Source: a virus (taxonomy: Duplodnaviria; Caudoviricetes). From it: a stretch of DNA of 64,000 nucleotides. The position numbers were made by a program, and so were the translations under genes. Shown here piece by piece: positions 18,349 through 27,832 of the stretch (position 1 is its first letter; each line of letters opens with the position of its first letter). The DNA lies in the IMG/VR virus record IMGVR_UViG_3300025018_000138, positions 10,816-74,815 of that record; one strand, 5' to 3'. The notes under the pieces were generated by a model. It was not told where the DNA came from. It did no database searches and saw only the letters and a program-made list of their open reading frames with translations.

Positions 18349-18927
18349 TTACTTAGTTAGTGTTACAGAATTCAATTTATCAATTGGTACTTTAAATTTT
18401 TTAAATTTAGAAATTGGTAAAAGGTCTTCTATCTTATTTTTTATGATAGTCTTATCTTTTGAATTAACAGGTTTATATTTTGCTTCTACAATAGTTTTAT
18501 TTTCTAATTCGATACCCGAGAAGTATAAAAACTCATCTTTTTCTTCAAGACCATGTGTTAACACTTTGAAAGGGGATTCTTCTCTTGCTTTCTCATGTTT
18601 GACACTATCGAATGATACTAATTTTGATTCATAATTAGTAATCAAATCTTTAATGATAGTAAATATTTCATCAGATGTGGTACCTTCTTTTAAAACTTTA
18701 GATTCGTTTAATCTTTTTGCAGTTGCTAAACGTAAATCTCGATTGATTCCTTTTAACTTAGCTAAACTTTCTTTAATCAGTTCTTCATAGTCCCAATCCA
18801 ATGATAATTCTATATTGTATGTTCCACTTGACAATATCTTTTTACCATCGGCTTCTTTTTTATAATTTAAAATTGATACATGTTTGTATCCATCTTTTAT
18901 TTGTTGTACTAATTCTGCTTTTGTCAT
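18349..18927 (-). CDS. hypothetical phage protein
   Basis: 192-aa ORF. Confidence 0.6.
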   Translation of the reverse strand: MTKAELVQQIKDGYKHVSILNYKKEADGKKILSSGTYNIELSLDWDYEELIKESLAKLKGINRDLRLATAKRLNESKVLKEGTTSDEIFTIIKDLITNYESKLVSFDSVKHEKAREESPFKVLTHGLEEKDEFLYFSGIELENKTIVEAKYKPVNSKDKTIIKNKIEDLLPISKFKKFKVPIDKLNSVTLTK

Positions 18928-19769
18928 AATATTATTGATTTTAAATTGTTAAATAAATCTTCTCGAAGTCCATTATTTGTTATATCAAATAGTGAATGAT
19001 TCAGTGCATCAGGTGATGTATAATAATCCAATGCGGTTTCACTTTCGTGTGTAATTACTGAAATTATTTCTGGTTGTTGTTGTGATAAATATCTCATTAT
19101 TTCAGGTTCAGGAACATCAATAATAGATTTTACACCAAAAATTTCTGGTTGTAAATTTAATCGTAAACCCAAATGTCTGTGTAAAAAAATAAATGTGAAA
19201 TTATTAGTTGCACATCGTTCATATTCATTGATGAAACGTAAGTCAGTAATTATGTTATTTTCATCTAATTTTAATTTATTAAATGCTATATTTACCCAAA
19301 TATCGGGGTGTAAAATATTTCTCCCAGCTTCTGTTCCTAGTAATTGCAATAGTAACCTAGGAGTTAATTTAACTAACGCCCTTTCATCAAATAAATCTTT
19401 GTGTTTCATGTATGAAAAAATTTGTCTTTTATTTGCATTATCGAAAGTTTCAAAAATCCACCATTCTTTACCCAAATGCGTATTCTTAAATTCTCTATCT
19501 TCTAATTTGGCTCTAGTACATCCTAACCAAGAACATATCGTATCTTTAATAGCATCTGCAAATTTAATATTGTTAGTCCCATAACGAATGCTATCTTTTA
19601 AATTTAAATAATGTCCATATGTACTTATATTCAAATACCCTGATGATGAAATTAAAAAATTTAACATATCATATGTTGTATCTTTACCCGAACCTAATTT
19701 TCCTCGTATTGCAATATTAAAATTATTCATTAGTAGTCTCCGTGACTTTATCAAATAAACGTACTCCAA
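18924..19769 (-). CDS. deoxynucleoside monophosphate kinase (T4 gp1-like)
   Basis: GKLGSGKDT, FADAIK, TPRLLLQLLGTE, ITDLRF, HESE. Confidence 0.9.
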   Translation of the reverse strand: MEYVYLIKSRRLLMNNFNIAIRGKLGSGKDTTYDMLNFLISSSGYLNISTYGHYLNLKDSIRYGTNNIKFADAIKDTICSWLGCTRAKLEDREFKNTHLGKEWWIFETFDNANKRQIFSYMKHKDLFDERALVKLTPRLLLQLLGTEAGRNILHPDIWVNIAFNKLKLDENNIITDLRFINEYERCATNNFTFIFLHRHLGLRLNLQPEIFGVKSIIDVPEPEIMRYLSQQQPEIISVITHESETALDYYTSPDALNHSLFDITNNGLREDLFNNLKSIIL

Positions 19770-19983
19770 TTAATTCTAATTCGAACTCGATTTTGGTATT
19801 AGTAAATTTGGGTACTGTTTTGATAATACATAGTTTTACTTGTTCGAGTCTACTATCTTTAATACCATTATTAGTTGCCGATATGATATCATATTCAACT
19901 GTATTAAAATCGAACAACAATGCACCATATCGTATCGATTTATTTGTTGTTATAATTTTGTAAGTGTAAACACATTTATACAT
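19723..19983 (-). CDS. hypothetical protein
   Basis: 86-aa ORF. Confidence 0.45.
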   Translation of the reverse strand: MYKCVYTYKIITTNKSIRYGALLFDFNTVEYDIISATNNGIKDSRLEQVKLCIIKTVPKFTNTKIEFELELIGVRLFDKVTETTNE

Positions 19984-20044
19984 TTTTTTGTTTCCTTTTG
20001 TTATTTAAAATGGCATATCTATATGTTCATATATAGTAATCCAT

Positions 20045-20284
20045 TCATTTACTAATATAATGTTTTTTTCTTAAAAAAGTCAATGTGTAAAATTCTCTAT
20101 TAATTCTATATCCAACGCTTCCACCACATTTAATCTTGGTCAGTTTTCTGAATGGGCGAGTGCGTTCATGGCAATGTGCTATTTGATAAAACACACCATC
20201 GTAATCACATACAATATATTCTAAGTGTTTAAACCTACATCTTATGTGTAACTTTAAACCTTTGGGGTGTAATTGGTTAATCAT
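20045..20284 (-). CDS. hypothetical protein
   Basis: 79-aa ORF. Confidence 0.5.
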   Translation of the reverse strand: MINQLHPKGLKLHIRCRFKHLEYIVCDYDGVFYQIAHCHERTRPFRKLTKIKCGGSVGYRINREFYTLTFLRKKHYISK

Positions 20285-20317
20285 AAATATTACACATTAG
20301 CTTCTTATATTAACAAG

Positions 20318-20569
20318 TTATAAGCCATTTATCTGCTCACCTAATTCAGCAATTTGAAAGCACCATTTTAATTGGTCTTTATTCATTTGCAAGATATTGT
20401 CGTTAAGTGGTGCGCCTATGGCAAAACACATACCATTTATTTCTCTTTTAATGATTGTGTTTTCTTTTAAACATGCTTTTAAATCTTCAATCTCAATTTG
20501 TTGTTTAGTAATCAATTCTTCTTGTGTCATAATTTTAAAATAAAACGGCTTATAACAGCACCTATGCAA
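20318..20569 (-). CDS. hypothetical protein in integron-like cassette (start probably MTQEE)
   Basis: stop TAA lies inside the inverse core site GGCTTATAAC. Confidence 0.6.
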   Translation of the reverse strand: MHRCCYKPFYFKIMTQEELITKQQIEIEDLKACLKENTIIKREINGMCFAIGAPLNDNILQMNKDQLKWCFQIAELGEQINGL

Positions 20570-20683
20570 AAGCAGGGGTTATGTGGTAGCCGAAAGTTTG
20601 AAGCACTTAATTAATTTTGTGCGAGCCGACAGGTAAGTGCTTTTTAAACCCTGCCTTCGCATAGCTGCAAAACGTTATCACCA
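20547..20683 (-). mobile_element. attC-like cassette recombination site (Bacteroidota type)
   Basis: minus strand TGGTGATAAC ... imperfect inverted repeat with bulges ... GTTATAAGCC; matching inverse core at 20317-20326. Confidence 0.7.
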
Positions 20684-20686
20684 ATA

Positions 20687-20935
20687 CTATCTAACAAGGT
20701 CATCAAGTGCTAATTCAAACAATGTGAAGGCAAGCTCTTTGTTTTTTAATTGGCTCACGTGGTATCCTACTATTATCTCTAAATCAAGTTCTTCACTTTT
20801 TAAGATTACTGGATACGAAGGCATTCCACATTGTTGTCCTCCTGTTACTTTGGGTCGCTTACTATCCCATTCCACATTGTTTTTTATCTGTTGTTTAATT
20901 TCGTTCAATTCCTTTTTGATGTAATGGTTGCACAA
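20687..20935 (-). CDS. hypothetical cassette-type protein
   Basis: ends immediately before the attC inverse core. Confidence 0.55.
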   Translation of the reverse strand: MCNHYIKKELNEIKQQIKNNVEWDSKRPKVTGGQQCGMPSYPVILKSEELDLEIIVGYHVSQLKNKELAFTLFELALDDLVR

Positions 20936-21237
20936 ATATCAATCACATGAACTAAGTCTAATAGTTCAACATTTTTAATTACAAGGAGTTTAGACCCTGT
21001 TTTTTTTCTAAGGTCTATTTGATATAAATCTCCTTTTTTATGAATTATAGCTAATCCACTAAATGTTTCAGTATTAATATCAAATGTAAAACCGACATTA
21101 TCTATATTTGAAACTGTAGTAGTTTTCCAATGTTTAACAATATGCTTAGATTCTCTAAACATAAATCGTATTGCATCCACGTTAGTATCTTTACTAAATT
21201 TTGTTACAGCATTGAAATTGTTTTGAGAAGTAAGCAT
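20905..21237 (-). CDS. hypothetical protein
   Basis: 110-aa ORF behind a Bacteroidota-type promoter. Confidence 0.55.
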   Translation of the reverse strand: MLTSQNNFNAVTKFSKDTNVDAIRFMFRESKHIVKHWKTTTVSNIDNVGFTFDINTETFSGLAIIHKKGDLYQIDLRKKTGSKLLVIKNVELLDLVHVIDICATITSKRN

Positions 21238-21267
21238 ATCGTTATTTATTAAGTTTCCGATTCTGAT

Positions 21268-21298
21268 TAAAGATACACAAAAAAATAATTAAACCAAA
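21268..21298 (-). promoter_or_regulatory. Bacteroidota-type promoter
   Basis: TTTG-N19-TATCTTTA. Confidence 0.5.
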
Positions 21299-21303
21299 CT
21301 TTT

Positions 21304-21891
21304 TTAGTATAATAAATAAAAAAACATTCCAATTCCAGTTAGTATATGCCATGCACTATGTAATCTATCATGTGACTTATATCCTTCATCGGTATTTTTA
21401 TAATATTTAGTTTGCCCTATTTGCCGTATATAAAAAGCAATTAGAAAACATATACCACTAATCACCCATGTTACAAATGGTAATATAAAAAATGATAGTA
21501 TTAATGTCGATGAATATAATAAACCTACAATATAATATGTTAATTCTATATCAAATAATTTTTTTTTATCTAATCTATTATGCATAACAGTCAATAATAA
21601 ACCTAATACCAAACTATTAATTAAGATACTCGGATGAAATATTCCGAATTGATATAAAAATGTAAATATAAATGCCGAAAACGTGAAGTACATCGCACTC
21701 CAATCTGCTAATACATATTCATGTCTTTCATAATAATGATATATACCACTACCTATCATTAAATATACTAAGGTGCAAGCAAGTATAAAACCACTCCAAC
21801 CGTGTAAAACGGCACATATGATGCCTATTAATCCATATATTAAATTTGTGTATGTACTAAATTGATTATGTACGTCAATTATTTTTTTCAT
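21304..21891 (-). CDS. CREST-superfamily membrane hydrolase (alkaline ceramidase/hemolysin III-like)
   Basis: multiple TM helices with STYTN, SGIYH, D, and HSAWH metal-binding pattern. Confidence 0.7.
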   Translation of the reverse strand: MKKIIDVHNQFSTYTNLIYGLIGIICAVLHGWSGFILACTLVYLMIGSGIYHYYERHEYVLADWSAMYFTFSAFIFTFLYQFGIFHPSILINSLVLGLLLTVMHNRLDKKKLFDIELTYYIVGLLYSSTLILSFFILPFVTWVISGICFLIAFYIRQIGQTKYYKNTDEGYKSHDRLHSAWHILTGIGMFFYLLY

Positions 21892-21972
21892 AGTTATTTT
21901 ATTTTAAATGGTTAAAATTATAATTATATATAATTACTTATATATTTATTTTATAGAATACAAATTATTATC

Positions 21973-22614
21973 ATGATACTAATCGAACAACAGATTGATT
22001 CACAATCATTAGCTATGTTACTAAAATGTCGAACTCAATTGATTAATTTAATTAATTCATTCAAACCTTATTGTAATAATTATTTTTATATTTATGGTGG
22101 GTTTATACGAGATTTAATATCTGGGTTTAAACCAGTTGATATTGATATTAATATTGCCGACAGTAATGATAAAAATCGTGTTATTAAGTACCTATCCAAA
22201 ACACATGATATTTCATATGAATCAGCTTGGGTAACTCGTTACAAGTCAAAAATGGGTTTACCAAAAACAATGTATGATATTGCATCCAATTTTAAAACAC
22301 CAACGGAATTTATATCAAATTCCGATTTTTCAAATAATGCTATATTATTTGATTCCAATTATGATTTGTTTTGTTTGGACTCGACTATATATGCAAATAC
22401 GAATAGAAAATTAATTTTAAAACCAATTGAATCTAATAGTCCTATGATTTTAGCATATAGAGCAGGTAAACTAATTCAAAAAGGGTTTGTATATAAATCC
22501 GAAAATCCTATAGACTTGATTAAAGATATAGAATATCAATTTGAACTATATACAAACCCAATCGATATTTATAAAGTTAATTTATCCATTAACGATAGAA
22601 ATGTATCACGTTGA
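21973..22614 (+). CDS. class II nucleotidyltransferase (poly(A) polymerase/CCA head domain only)
   Basis: YGGFIRD...DIDI and DFSNNAI motifs; 213 aa. Confidence 0.7.
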   Translation: MILIEQQIDSQSLAMLLKCRTQLINLINSFKPYCNNYFYIYGGFIRDLISGFKPVDIDINIADSNDKNRVIKYLSKTHDISYESAWVTRYKSKMGLPKTMYDIASNFKTPTEFISNSDFSNNAILFDSNYDLFCLDSTIYANTNRKLILKPIESNSPMILAYRAGKLIQKGFVYKSENPIDLIKDIEYQFELYTNPIDIYKVNLSINDRNVSR

Positions 22615-23624
22615 AAATTTCCAATTTCAGCACCTACTAATGTTTTAGGATAATCAACTCCTAATGCTTTGTACAACAATTGTACAATACTTACGAAAGA
22701 TTCATCCAATTTACATAACATGTTAACATTGTTCATAACAACTCGTCTATTTTTCCAAATAAATAATTTTGACTCGTTTATATCATCTACATAACTATCA
22801 ATCATAATATAGTTACCATAAAATTTAGATACTTGAGCAACTTCTTTTTTGATTGGTAATGAATCAATGAATGAATCATCAAACATACTAAATAAAAACG
22901 CAAATGAAGCATCAACATCATGGTCAATACACTCTTGAACTTCATCAATTCCCAACGATACGTCATCGATGAAACCTACATTATATAATAATACTTTTGG
23001 GATGAAATTAAATGTAGTAATACATTTAGCAAATTCATCCAAGATTCTTTCCATTGATAATACTTTATCCAATTTAACAGTATCAAGAATTTTTTCAATT
23101 GCCAATTTAGTACTTGCATCAAATGTCAAACCATATTTAACATAGAATCTAAAGGCTCTAATCACCCGTAAATAATCTTCTTCAAATCTGTGATACGGAT
23201 TACCAACAGTTTTTAAAATATTATTTTCCAAATCTGATTGTCCATCAAACCAATCTAATATTTTTGTTCCATCAAAACCCATCGCATTTATTGTAAAATC
23301 TCTACGTTGAGCATCTTCATAAAATGAATTGGTGAATTCTACTGTTGCACGTCTACCATCAGTACCCACATCTTTTCTAAATGTAGTATGTTCTACATGA
23401 ACCCCGTGAATTATAAATGTGACCGTTCCATGCTCTATACCAGTATCATATGATGAAAAAGGTAATAAATCTTTAATTTCCAATGGTGTATATGCTGATG
23501 CTACATCGATATCATGTGCTTCACGATTGAGTAACATATCCCTTACACAACCACCAACAGCAATTACTTCGGGTGCATATTGATGAATGGCATGTAAAAT
23601 TAATTCGATATTCGGGGTTGTCAT
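22569..23624 (-). CDS. cca: CCA-adding tRNA nucleotidyltransferase
   Basis: VGGCVRD, DIDV, RRDFTINAM, FEEDYLRVIRAFRF. Confidence 0.92.
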   Translation of the reverse strand: MTTPNIELILHAIHQYAPEVIAVGGCVRDMLLNREAHDIDVASAYTPLEIKDLLPFSSYDTGIEHGTVTFIIHGVHVEHTTFRKDVGTDGRRATVEFTNSFYEDAQRRDFTINAMGFDGTKILDWFDGQSDLENNILKTVGNPYHRFEEDYLRVIRAFRFYVKYGLTFDASTKLAIEKILDTVKLDKVLSMERILDEFAKCITTFNFIPKVLLYNVGFIDDVSLGIDEVQECIDHDVDASFAFLFSMFDDSFIDSLPIKKEVAQVSKFYGNYIMIDSYVDDINESKLFIWKNRRVVMNNVNMLCKLDESFVSIVQLLYKALGVDYPKTLVGAEIGNFQRDTFLSLMDKLTL

Positions 23625-23742
23625 AATTATTATTGAAAGATTAAAAATTTAATTAAATAAAATGTACTAAAAATTTTTACTATTGTCAAATATATTTTAC
23701 TTCTCCACCATCGTTCTTTATATCTACCAACAAACCATCGGT

Positions 23743-23780
23743 AGAGTATAACTTATCATAGAAAACTATGTTAAATTGTT
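23743..23780 (-). mobile_element. orphan copy of the tnpB element right end
   Basis: 35/38 identity to 8112-8149 in inverted orientation. Confidence 0.8.
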
Positions 23781-23881
23781 ATTTGTCCTACATGAACCTT
23801 TAATTATATTACTAATTCTATTGAAGATAAGATTAAAATTTTTAATTCGCGAATCACGAATGAATACATATAGTAATACGT

Positions 23882-24427
23882 TTAAAAGAATAGATACGTC
23901 TTCCATTCATCAGGTATCTCCCCCGAATAAGATTTCATTAACATTAACCAATGTGGTCTATAAGGTTGTGGAATAGGTCTACCCCATTCTTCATCAGTCA
24001 AACAATCTTTCTCATTATTGCATTTTTTACATGCAGTAACTAAATTGTCCCATGAATCTTTTCCACCCCTCGCTTTTGGTATAACATGGTCTAATGTTAA
24101 TTCTTTTCTATTTTTATCGAACCCACAATAAACACACGCATGGTTATCACGTTTCAAAATGTTATCACGATTTAATGGAACCGCTTTGTTATGAACATTA
24201 ACCCATTTATCGATTAATATAATTGAGGGTTTTTTGTATTGTAAATTGGGATTGATTGTTTTAAAAAACACATCATGTTCATATACTATACGTGCATTAC
24301 CTTTATACCAAATAGCAAAGGCACGTTCTGTTCGTATGATTTGCATAGGCATATATGCGGAATTAAGAACCAAACATTTATTGACCATTTCGGTTGAAGT
24401 GGTTAAGTTCTTTACATTAGTTACCAT
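23882..24427 (-). CDS. HNH endonuclease (McrA/HNH_5-like)
   Basis: RDNHACVYCG, LTLDHVIPKARGG, NLVTACKKCNNEK. Confidence 0.9.
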   Translation of the reverse strand: MVTNVKNLTTSTEMVNKCLVLNSAYMPMQIIRTERAFAIWYKGNARIVYEHDVFFKTINPNLQYKKPSIILIDKWVNVHNKAVPLNRDNILKRDNHACVYCGFDKNRKELTLDHVIPKARGGKDSWDNLVTACKKCNNEKDCLTDEEWGRPIPQPYRPHWLMLMKSYSGEIPDEWKTYLFF

Positions 24428-24489
24428 CAGTGGATTTTTATGTTATAATTGTAATTATAGTTGAATATACAAATAATATACAAATAAAA

Positions 24490-24520
24490 AAAGATTATTT
24501 CGTCTGTCGAAATAATCTTT
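24490..24520 (-). terminator. terminator hairpin after tRNA group
   Basis: AAAGATTATTT(CG) inverted repeat followed by T-run. Confidence 0.65.
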
Positions 24521-24524
24521 AGTG

Positions 24525-24597
24525 TGTTCCTAACAGGACTTGAACCTGTAACCTACTGATTATGAGTCAGTTGCTCTCACCATTGAGCTATAGGAAC
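24525..24597 (-). tRNA. tRNA-CAT (Ile2-like or Met)
   Basis: ACTGA-CTCATAA-TCAGT. Confidence 0.88.
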
Positions 24598-24603
24598 ATA
24601 GTG

Positions 24604-24675
24604 ATGCATGGGGGATTCGAACCCCCGAATTCGAGTTTATGAGACTCGCCACGTAGACCACTGGTGTACCATGCA
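24604..24675 (-). tRNA. tRNA-CAT (Met), atypical: acceptor/T branch 2 nt short
   Basis: CGAGT-CTCATAA-ACTCG; only 5 C available for T-stem plus acceptor. Confidence 0.6.
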
Positions 24676-24684
24676 ATATATTTG

Positions 24685-24767
24685 TGGCGGTGGTGGGAGT
24701 CGAACCCACGCTCTGAAACAGATAAGTTTATGAGACTTATGAGGAAAACCACACCTTCTTCACCGCA
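24685..24767 (-). tRNA. tRNA-CAT with 1:72 mismatch and long variable arm
   Basis: TGCGGTG/CACCGCC, ATAAGT-CTCATAA-ACTTAT, V arm CTGTTTCAG. Confidence 0.7.
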
Positions 24768-24770
24768 AAG

Positions 24771-24841
24771 AGTTGGATAACAGAATTGAACTGTTCTAAG
24801 ATGTTTTGCAGACATCTACCTAACCACTCGGTCAATCCAAC
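24771..24841 (-). tRNA. tRNA-Cys(GCA)
   Basis: GATGT-CTGCAAA-ACATC; U73. Confidence 0.9.
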
Positions 24842-24845
24842 GTTT

Positions 24846-25547
24846 TTACATATTTATTAATGCATTTATTATTTTTTTCCATATTGGTTTAATTTTTATA
24901 TTTAAATCATTATATACTTCGGGTAAATTAGATTTTAACCATTGTGGTGCAGTAAAAAAATGCATAAAATTTTCTGCAAATACTTCACTGGTGTGTTGAA
25001 TACCATAAGAAGAACTTGCGTAAGTTATGGTCGATGCTATACCTTCCTTATAATATTTATAATGATATATATGACCTAATTCATGTATCAATACATTAAT
25101 ATTAACCACGGATGGTACTTCTAATTTATCAAGACTAACTTGAGCATAATTTCCATGACCATTATATTCCCTGACTGATACTTTAAAATCTAATTTACTT
25201 GCTATTAATTCAACTATATTAAACTTTATTTCTTTATCAATGTGTTTAGGCTCATTAGAACCCAAATCTCTTAATCTGTATATTGTTTTTGCATATTCTC
25301 GATAATTTTCAAAATTCAAGAAATCTTTTTTTGACTTTATGTCTTTTAAAGATGCATTATTTATTAAATCAACATCTTGTTTTCCATATTTCTTATCATA
25401 ATCTATTCCGAATTTATCATTTAGTATTTTCTTATATTTCTGATATGAAGGTTTTTCAGGATTCATTGATATTATATCAATATAGTCTTGAATTTCTTCT
25501 TTATTTTCATATAATAATTTACGTTTTGTCACATTTATGCTTTTCAA
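24846..25547 (-). CDS. zincin-like metallopeptidase-domain protein
   Basis: HELGH plus downstream EVFAENF. Confidence 0.55.
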   Translation of the reverse strand: MKSINVTKRKLLYENKEEIQDYIDIISMNPEKPSYQKYKKILNDKFGIDYDKKYGKQDVDLINNASLKDIKSKKDFLNFENYREYAKTIYRLRDLGSNEPKHIDKEIKFNIVELIASKLDFKVSVREYNGHGNYAQVSLDKLEVPSVVNINVLIHELGHIYHYKYYKEGIASTITYASSSYGIQHTSEVFAENFMHFFTAPQWLKSNLPEVYNDLNIKIKPIWKKIINALINM

Positions 25548-25610
25548 TATGTTATGTTCATTTATTTCATTTGTTCACGTAAAATGAACACTGTAATTAT
25601 GTGAACGTTG

Positions 25611-25682
25611 TACCGTAAGCAGGATTCGAACCTGCAACCTAATGTTTATGAGACATTATGCTCACCTCTCGCATTCTACGGC
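25611..25682 (-). tRNA. tRNA-Met(CAT)
   Basis: AATGT-CTCATAA-ACATT. Confidence 0.85.
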
Positions 25683-25741
25683 ATGTATCGGGAATAAAAT
25701 TTTATCCCCGATGTTTTATAATTATACACAAATGTCATTTT

Positions 25742-27415
25742 TTAAATAACAATCGCTTTAATATCGTTGAGTACTGCTTTTGGGTCAAACTCAACTTTTT
25801 TAATCAGTTCATAGATATCTTGTGTATATCCTTCGAGAGAAAACACACGTGGGTGTTTACTATTAAACATTTCTGTTGGATAACCACAAACATTTATACT
25901 ATAAACATAGGTATTACCATTCAGTTTTTCATATTCTTTAAAAGAATTTATTACCGAATCTTTACCTTGCATATCACTAATGATAAATACTCTATCATAT
26001 CGTCCTTTTAATGATGGAAAGATAGTATCAAACGCAGTACCATAACCAACAGACCCTTGTTTTGATGCAATTACTTTTTTAATAGTATTTACAGAATCCA
26101 AAGGATTTATATTAATAGGTTGAGTATAGTTTGCAAAATGATATACATCTGCATTTGTAGCTTTCGCTAAAGTTGATGCAACCAATGATGCTTTTTCGAT
26201 TGCTGATTTACTACCTTGTTTTTTATTTGCTAAAGTAATCAAACTTGTCATAGAACCTGAGCTATCTAATACTACAGCAGTTTTACCTGTGAAGTAATCT
26301 TCTAAATTTGGTATTGATAATTCATATGCTTTATTTAATGCAGTTAATATTGAACCTAAATCACTTGGGCTATGTTCTTGTAACAGAAACTCCAATGCCA
26401 AATCTATTTGGTGTGGAAACACTAATGATTTTTTGATAAATTCTGGTTCAATTAGTAAAGCAGATACTTTTTCTTTTAATGTACTATGTCCAAGTTTAAT
26501 GATATTGTTTAAGTTTCTTAACAATGCCAAGTACCCAATTTTTTTAGTATCAATTAGCTCTACAAAATTTTCACCCTTTAAATCATCCAATTCAACTTTA
26601 GCTTGCTCAACACTTAATTCACCTGATGCCACTTTTGCAGAAACATCTTGACCCGATTTGGTGTTTTTATCTTCAACAGTATTGAACTGTTTTAATAAAC
26701 CTAACGTTAATGCAAACAATGTTGGGATAGTTACTTCTCCATCATCACTAATATTTCTTGTTAGTTTATGTGCTTGTTCTTCATATAATACATGCCCTTT
26801 GACTGCTTTAAGTAATTTAGCTTTAGGTACAGATACTACTCCTTGAATTTCGGTTTCCCGTGGGTGTACTAACTTGACAATATTCAATAAAGAAATACTA
26901 GAAGTTTTCAATTGGTATTTAGCCAATTGGTATTTATCAGCATTTTCAATCACAGATTTGAATCCACGTTTGATAGCATTTGATAATTTCTTACCGTTAT
27001 TTAATGCCATATATGCACCTGCGATTTCCATCATATCATCTAAACGATATACAACTCCACCGCGATTTTCACCACGAACACGTTTAGTGAAGAAATGAGT
27101 TCCTAATTCGGTACCACTAAGATATCTAGCTAATACTGCTGATGCAAAATGTGTTGTTGCACGTTGTCCTACGACTGAACGTACATAAACAATTGCTTTG
27201 GCTACCAATTCTTTATCACCAATTTTATCAATTAATGATAATATTCGTGCTTCTCTTGTTTCACTTGTTTCATAAAATGTATTATCTACACCTGTAGCAA
27301 GAATTCCTACTAATTCTACGATTGGGTCTTTTGCAAAACCGTTTCCGTTTTCATATGTAGTTACATTTGGTTCTGCTTTAGTAGCAGATACTTGGTGTGA
27401 GTTATATTTTCCCAT
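25742..27415 (-). CDS. rsr: Ro60/TROVE-domain RNA-binding protein with vWA domain
   Basis: N-terminal ENGNGF, YLALLRNLNNI, FPHQ, MIDAS VLDSSGSMT, C-terminal vWA. Confidence 0.92.
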   Translation of the reverse strand: MGKYNSHQVSATKAEPNVTTYENGNGFAKDPIVELVGILATGVDNTFYETSETREARILSLIDKIGDKELVAKAIVYVRSVVGQRATTHFASAVLARYLSGTELGTHFFTKRVRGENRGGVVYRLDDMMEIAGAYMALNNGKKLSNAIKRGFKSVIENADKYQLAKYQLKTSSISLLNIVKLVHPRETEIQGVVSVPKAKLLKAVKGHVLYEEQAHKLTRNISDDGEVTIPTLFALTLGLLKQFNTVEDKNTKSGQDVSAKVASGELSVEQAKVELDDLKGENFVELIDTKKIGYLALLRNLNNIIKLGHSTLKEKVSALLIEPEFIKKSLVFPHQIDLALEFLLQEHSPSDLGSILTALNKAYELSIPNLEDYFTGKTAVVLDSSGSMTSLITLANKKQGSKSAIEKASLVASTLAKATNADVYHFANYTQPININPLDSVNTIKKVIASKQGSVGYGTAFDTIFPSLKGRYDRVFIISDMQGKDSVINSFKEYEKLNGNTYVYSINVCGYPTEMFNSKHPRVFSLEGYTQDIYELIKKVEFDPKAVLNDIKAIVI

Positions 27416-27580
27416 TGTTTGCTATCCTTTCGATATTATTAGTTGATTGGAAGAATTATAATGTTATAAAATGATGTTGAATATTATCAACATATTTGAG
27501 TTATTTGTTTAATATATTAAACAATTTCTAAAAAGTCAAATGATTGTCGTATTTTTACTATTTGAAAAAAAAATATTTTT

Positions 27581-27740
27581 GGAGAATTTTGTGTAACAGT
27601 TTTACAGGTTCATCCCTCTGCTTTTTTTTATAATGTATATTTATAATTTGATACCTTTGCGGTGTCTACAATTATAAACAGTTGATTTTTAATCATTGTT
27701 TTGTTTTTTGTTTTACGAAGTACCTGTTATACCGCTACCA
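27581..27740 (-). ncRNA. Y-RNA-like element 1 (no tRNA-like domain)
   Basis: shared 5' TAGC..TAACAG-GTACTTCG and 3' CTGTTA..TTCTCC ends. Confidence 0.6.
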
Positions 27741-27754
27741 AAAAAAAATAAAAT

Positions 27755-27827
27755 TTTCATCAAAAGGATTTGAGCCTTTATTTTATCTCCGTAGAAGGGA
27801 GTTGTTCTACCATTGAACTATGATGAA
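27755..27827 (-). tRNA. degenerate tRNA, anticodon TCT (Arg-like)
   Basis: acceptor TTCATCA/TGATGAA, CTCC-CTTCTAC-GGAG, T-loop CTCAAAT. Confidence 0.5.
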
Positions 27828-27832
27828 AATTG

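Noticed and set aside
24588-24815. 75-aa minus-strand ORF
   Set aside because: It runs across three tRNA genes; it is an artefact of tRNA sequence.
27449-27560. Possible sixth Y-like element just upstream of rsr
   Set aside because: It has a similar 3' TTCTTCC end but no TWCWTCG motif or matching stem.
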